Assembly: GCA_963619535.1 (NCBI GenBank)
Contig: CAVEWV010000007.1
Coordinates: 1 to 61,451, forward strand
Direction of reading: 5' to 3'
DNA: 61,451 bases
Source of the DNA: Acutalibacteraceae bacterium
GTDB taxonomy: Bacteria > Actinomycetota > Coriobacteriia > Coriobacteriales > UMGS124
Part shown: piece by piece, positions 58,493 through 61,451 of the stretch
Numbering within the stretch: position 1 is the stretch's first letter
How the letters are laid out: the number at the start of each line of letters is the position of its first letter
The notes under the pieces: generated by a model
What the model was told of the DNA's origin: nothing
Database searches by the model: none
What the model saw: only the letters and a program-made list of their open reading frames with translations
Made by a program: the position numbers and the translations under genes

Positions 58493-60468
58493 TGGCCGAC
58501 GAGCAGAACGTCCAGCAGGACAGCGCCGCCCTCGACGAGCGCAGCGTGCGCCTGGGCCGCCGCCAGGCCCTCATCGATGCAGGCGTGAACCCCTATCCCG
58601 AGACCAGCGAGGTCACCGACCACGTGGCCCAGCTCGTTGAGCGCTATGCGGGCCTCGAGCCCGGCGCCGACACGACCGACGTCGTGAGCATCGCGGGCCG
58701 CGTGCGCGCCAAGCGCGGCCAGGGCAAGGTCGTCTTCATCGAACTGCAGGACCCCACCGGCACCATCCAGCTCTTCTGCCGCGTCGACGACCTGGGCGAG
58801 GAGGCGCTTGCCAGCATCAAGTCCTACGACCTGGGCGACATCGTCGAGGCCAAGGGCGTCGTGGTGCGCACCCGCCGCGGCGAGCTCTCCGTGGCCCCCA
58901 CCGCCACGCGCCTGCTCTCCAAGTCGGTCCGCCCCCTGCCCGAGAAGTTCCACGGCCTGTCCGACAAGGAGACGCGCTACCGCCAGCGCTACGTGGACCT
59001 CATCGTGAACGACGACGTGCGCGAGACGTTCCGCAAGCGCTCGCTCATCCTGTCCACCTTCCGCCGCTACATGGAGGCCGACGGCTACATCGAGGTGGAG
59101 ACGCCCATCCTGCAGACCATCCAGGGCGGCGCCACCGCGAAGCCGTTCATCACGCACTTCAACGCGCTCAACCAGGAGTGCTACCTGCGCATCGCCACCG
59201 AGCTGCACCTGAAGCGCTGCCTGGTGGGCGGCTTCGAGGCCGTGTTCGAGGTGGGCCGCATCTTCCGCAACGAGGGCATGGACCTCACGCACAACCCCGA
59301 GTTCACCACGATGGAGGCCTACCGCGCCTACTCCGACCTGGAGGGCATGAAGGCGCTCGCGCAGGGCGTCATCAAGGCCGCCAACGCCGCTGTGGGCAAC
59401 CCCGAGGTCATCGAGTACCAGGGCCGCACCATCGACCTGTCGGGCGAGTGGGCCTGCCGCCCCATGACCGACATCGTCTCCGACGTGCTCGGCAAGAAGG
59501 TCACGCTCGACACACCCGTCGAGGAGCTCGCCGCCGACGCGCGCGCCAAGGGCATCGAGGTCAAGCCCGAGTGGACCGCCGGCAAGATCATCGCCGAGAT
59601 CTACGACGAGCTGGGCGAGGACACCATCGTCAACCCCACCTTCGTGTGCGACTACCCGATCGAGGTCAGCCCGCTGGCCAAGCGCTTCGAGGACGACCCG
59701 CGCCTGACGCACCGCTTCGAGCTGGTCATCGCCGGCCACGAGTACGCCAACGCCTTCTCCGAGCTCAACGACCCCGTCGACCAGGCCGAGCGCTTCCGCA
59801 AGCAGGTCGAGGAGAAGTTCGCCGGCGACGACGAGGCCATGGAGTACGACGAGGACTACGTGCGCGCCCTCGAGTACGGCATGCCTCCCGCCGGCGGCAT
59901 CGGCATCGGCATCGACCGCGTGGTCATGCTGCTCACCGACTCCGCGAGCATCCGCGACGTGCTGCTGTTCCCGCACATGAAGCCCGAGGCCGGTACCAAG
60001 AGCGGTGCCGCCGCAGCGCGCAAGGCCGACGAGGCCGCTGCTGCCGAGGCTCGCGCCGCTGCGTCGTACGCCGAGAACAAGCAGCCGACGCTTGATCTTT
60101 CCAAGGTCGCCGTGGAGCCGCTGTTCGAGGAGTTCGTCGACTTCGAGACGTTCAGCAAGTCCGATTTCCGCGCCGTGAAGGTCAAGGCTTGCGAAGCCGT
60201 CAAGAAGAGCAAGAAGCTCCTCAACTTTACGCTTGACGACGGCACCGGCACCGACCGCACGATCCTCTCTGGCGTGCATGCGTTCTACGAGCCCGAGTCC
60301 CTGGTGGGCAAGACGCTTGTGGCTATCGTCAACCTGCCGCCGCGTGCCATGATGGGCATCGACTCCTGCGGCATGCTGCTCTCCGCCATCCACAAGGAGG
60401 GCGACGAAGAGCGCCTCAACCTGCTGCAGCTCGACGATGCTGTGCCGGCTGGTGCAAAGCTGTACTAA
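58492..60468 (+). CDS. lysS: Class II lysyl-tRNA synthetase fused to a C-terminal Trbp111/CsaA/MetRS-C-type OB-fold tRNA-binding domain
   Basis: The LysRS core shows FRNEGMDLTHNPEFTTME and GGIGIGIDRVVMLL. After an A/E/K linker, the last roughly 110 aa (FSKSDFRAVKVKACEAVKKSKKLLNFTLDDGTGTDRTILSGVHAFYEPESLVGKTLVAIVNLPPRAMMGIDSCGMLL) align to the E. coli MetRS C-terminal domain. Confidence 0.92.
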   Translation: MADEQNVQQDSAALDERSVRLGRRQALIDAGVNPYPETSEVTDHVAQLVERYAGLEPGADTTDVVSIAGRVRAKRGQGKVVFIELQDPTGTIQLFCRVDDLGEEALASIKSYDLGDIVEAKGVVVRTRRGELSVAPTATRLLSKSVRPLPEKFHGLSDKETRYRQRYVDLIVNDDVRETFRKRSLILSTFRRYMEADGYIEVETPILQTIQGGATAKPFITHFNALNQECYLRIATELHLKRCLVGGFEAVFEVGRIFRNEGMDLTHNPEFTTMEAYRAYSDLEGMKALAQGVIKAANAAVGNPEVIEYQGRTIDLSGEWACRPMTDIVSDVLGKKVTLDTPVEELAADARAKGIEVKPEWTAGKIIAEIYDELGEDTIVNPTFVCDYPIEVSPLAKRFEDDPRLTHRFELVIAGHEYANAFSELNDPVDQAERFRKQVEEKFAGDDEAMEYDEDYVRALEYGMPPAGGIGIGIDRVVMLLTDSASIRDVLLFPHMKPEAGTKSGAAAARKADEAAAAEARAAASYAENKQPTLDLSKVAVEPLFEEFVDFETFSKSDFRAVKVKACEAVKKSKKLLNFTLDDGTGTDRTILSGVHAFYEPESLVGKTLVAIVNLPPRAMMGIDSCGMLLSAIHKEGDEERLNLLQLDDAVPAGAKLY

Positions 60469-60571
60469 TTCGGCTCGAGTCTGATCTGAGCGCCTGCCGG
60501 GGTTCCGGTTGAAGCGCACACATACCTGACGCCTGCCGGGGGCTTTCCCTCAGAAATGTCCTCGGCAGATG

Positions 60572-60621
60572 AAAGCGCCCGTCCGCCTTGCCCCGTTGGG
60601 GCATTGGCGGGCGGGCGCTTT
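60572..60621. terminator. Bidirectional terminator between lysS and the convergent DUF218 gene
   Basis: AAAGCGCCCGtCCGCC...GGCGGgCGGGCGCTTT with the inner hairpin GCCCCgttGGGGC. Confidence 0.7.
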
Positions 60622-60626
60622 GCTCG

Positions 60627-61400
60627 CTATTTGATGTGCAGCAGGGTGGCGGCGTAGGCGTAGATCTCGCGGATGCGGGCCCGGGGATAGCGGAGCGGGG
60701 ACGTGCTCGCCCCGATGCCGATGGGGGCAAGGCCGAAGCGCTTTGCCAGGAGCAGGCAACGGGGGATGTGGAAGTCGGTGCTCACGAGCGCGATTGAGGG
60801 ACGTTCCTTTCTGTTGGCTGAGTGCACGAGTTCGTAGCTCATGGCGAGATTTTCTTCTGTGGTGGTCGAGCGGTCTTCGCAGAGGATTTTGGCTGTGGAC
60901 ACGCCGTGGACCAGAAGATAGTCGCGCATGACCTCGGCTTCGGAGGCGACTTCGTCTGAGCCTTGGCCTCCCGAGACGATGATTGTTGGGGCGCCCTCAC
61001 GTTGCTGCCACGCGTTGATGGCGCAGTCGAGGCGCTCGGCCAAGAAGGGGGAGGGGTAGCGCCCTTTGAGTGCGGCGCCATGAACGACGATGAAGTCCAC
61101 AGGTGAGCCTGGGTCCTTGCGGGCGCGTTGCGTAGCAACCTCGAGCGCGAGGCAGATGAGGGAGAAGATGCTGCCGAGCATGCAACTGAGCGCGAAGGCC
61201 GCACGAACGAGGGGCTCCTCGACGTTGGGTACGAGAATGCCGAGCGCACTGCAGCCTGCCAATACAAGGCCGGTAGCGATTCCGAGCAGTCCTACCGGCG
61301 TAATCCTGCTTCGTGCGAGTGAGGCCGTGGCGTTTGCAAAGAGCCAAAGGGCTCCGCAAGCGCAGGTAAAAGAGCCGATGTGAACGATGACGGTGAGCAA
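60627..61400 (-). CDS. DUF218 (YdcF/ElyC/SanA-like) membrane-anchored protein
   Basis: N-terminal TM helices are followed by DFIVVHGAAL...IIVSGGQGSDE...SEAEVMRDYL...EDRSTTTEENL...LVSTDFHIPR. The TTG start is preceded by aggag. Confidence 0.85.
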   Translation of the reverse strand: MLTVIVHIGSFTCACGALWLFANATASLARSRITPVGLLGIATGLVLAGCSALGILVPNVEEPLVRAAFALSCMLGSIFSLICLALEVATQRARKDPGSPVDFIVVHGAALKGRYPSPFLAERLDCAINAWQQREGAPTIIVSGGQGSDEVASEAEVMRDYLLVHGVSTAKILCEDRSTTTEENLAMSYELVHSANRKERPSIALVSTDFHIPRCLLLAKRFGLAPIGIGASTSPLRYPRARIREIYAYAATLLHIK

Positions 61401-61451
61401 GGCGTCTCCTGGTTTGAGAGCGTTTGTCGCTAATAGGCCTCAACTATAGAC

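Overview
This is a high-GC (by eye about two-thirds G+C) chromosomal segment. Gene content and order fit an actinobacterium of the Coriobacteriia / Eggerthellales type. That placement is an inference from SepF with no FtsA, a Tat-exported flavoprotein reductase next to a membrane LuxR regulator, and an Ech-type hydrogenase. Almost all genes are on the + strand. In order, the window holds: an HtrA-like protease, amt-glnK, tRNA-His/tRNA-Lys, about 950 bp of repeat-rich non-coding DNA, a Tat-signal FAD reductase plus membrane-anchored LuxR regulator, and pyrG-xerD. Next comes a complete dcw cluster: mraZ-rsmH-ftsL-ftsI-murF-mraY-murD-ftsW-murG-murC-murB-ftsQ-ftsZ-pgeF-yggS-sepF-yggT-divIVA. After it come a degenerate Cys/Met-PLP-family ORF, a lipoprotein, vsr-galE, a YbeY-Era fusion ORF, a DeoC-like ORF without catalytic lysines, and recO. 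These are followed by a small low-GC islet, rsmI (-), echABCDEF (group 4 [NiFe] hydrogenase), metG-tatD-isf-rsmA, and an SF1 helicase plus coiled-coil pair. The window ends with veg-ispE, CPBP (-)/TraX, tRNA-Pro, tatA, greA-lysS and a DUF218 gene (-). The main non-genic signal is a family of about 100-nt long-hairpin repeats at five loci. Each copy sits directly after a stop codon and ends in a T-tract, and stem changes between copies are compensatory. The most interesting items are this repeat family, the helicase/coiled-coil pair between rsmA and veg, the two lysine-less pseudoenzyme-like ORFs, the YbeY-Era and LysRS-Trbp111 fusions, and the low-GC islet. All functional calls rest on motifs read from the supplied translations; no database search was possible.
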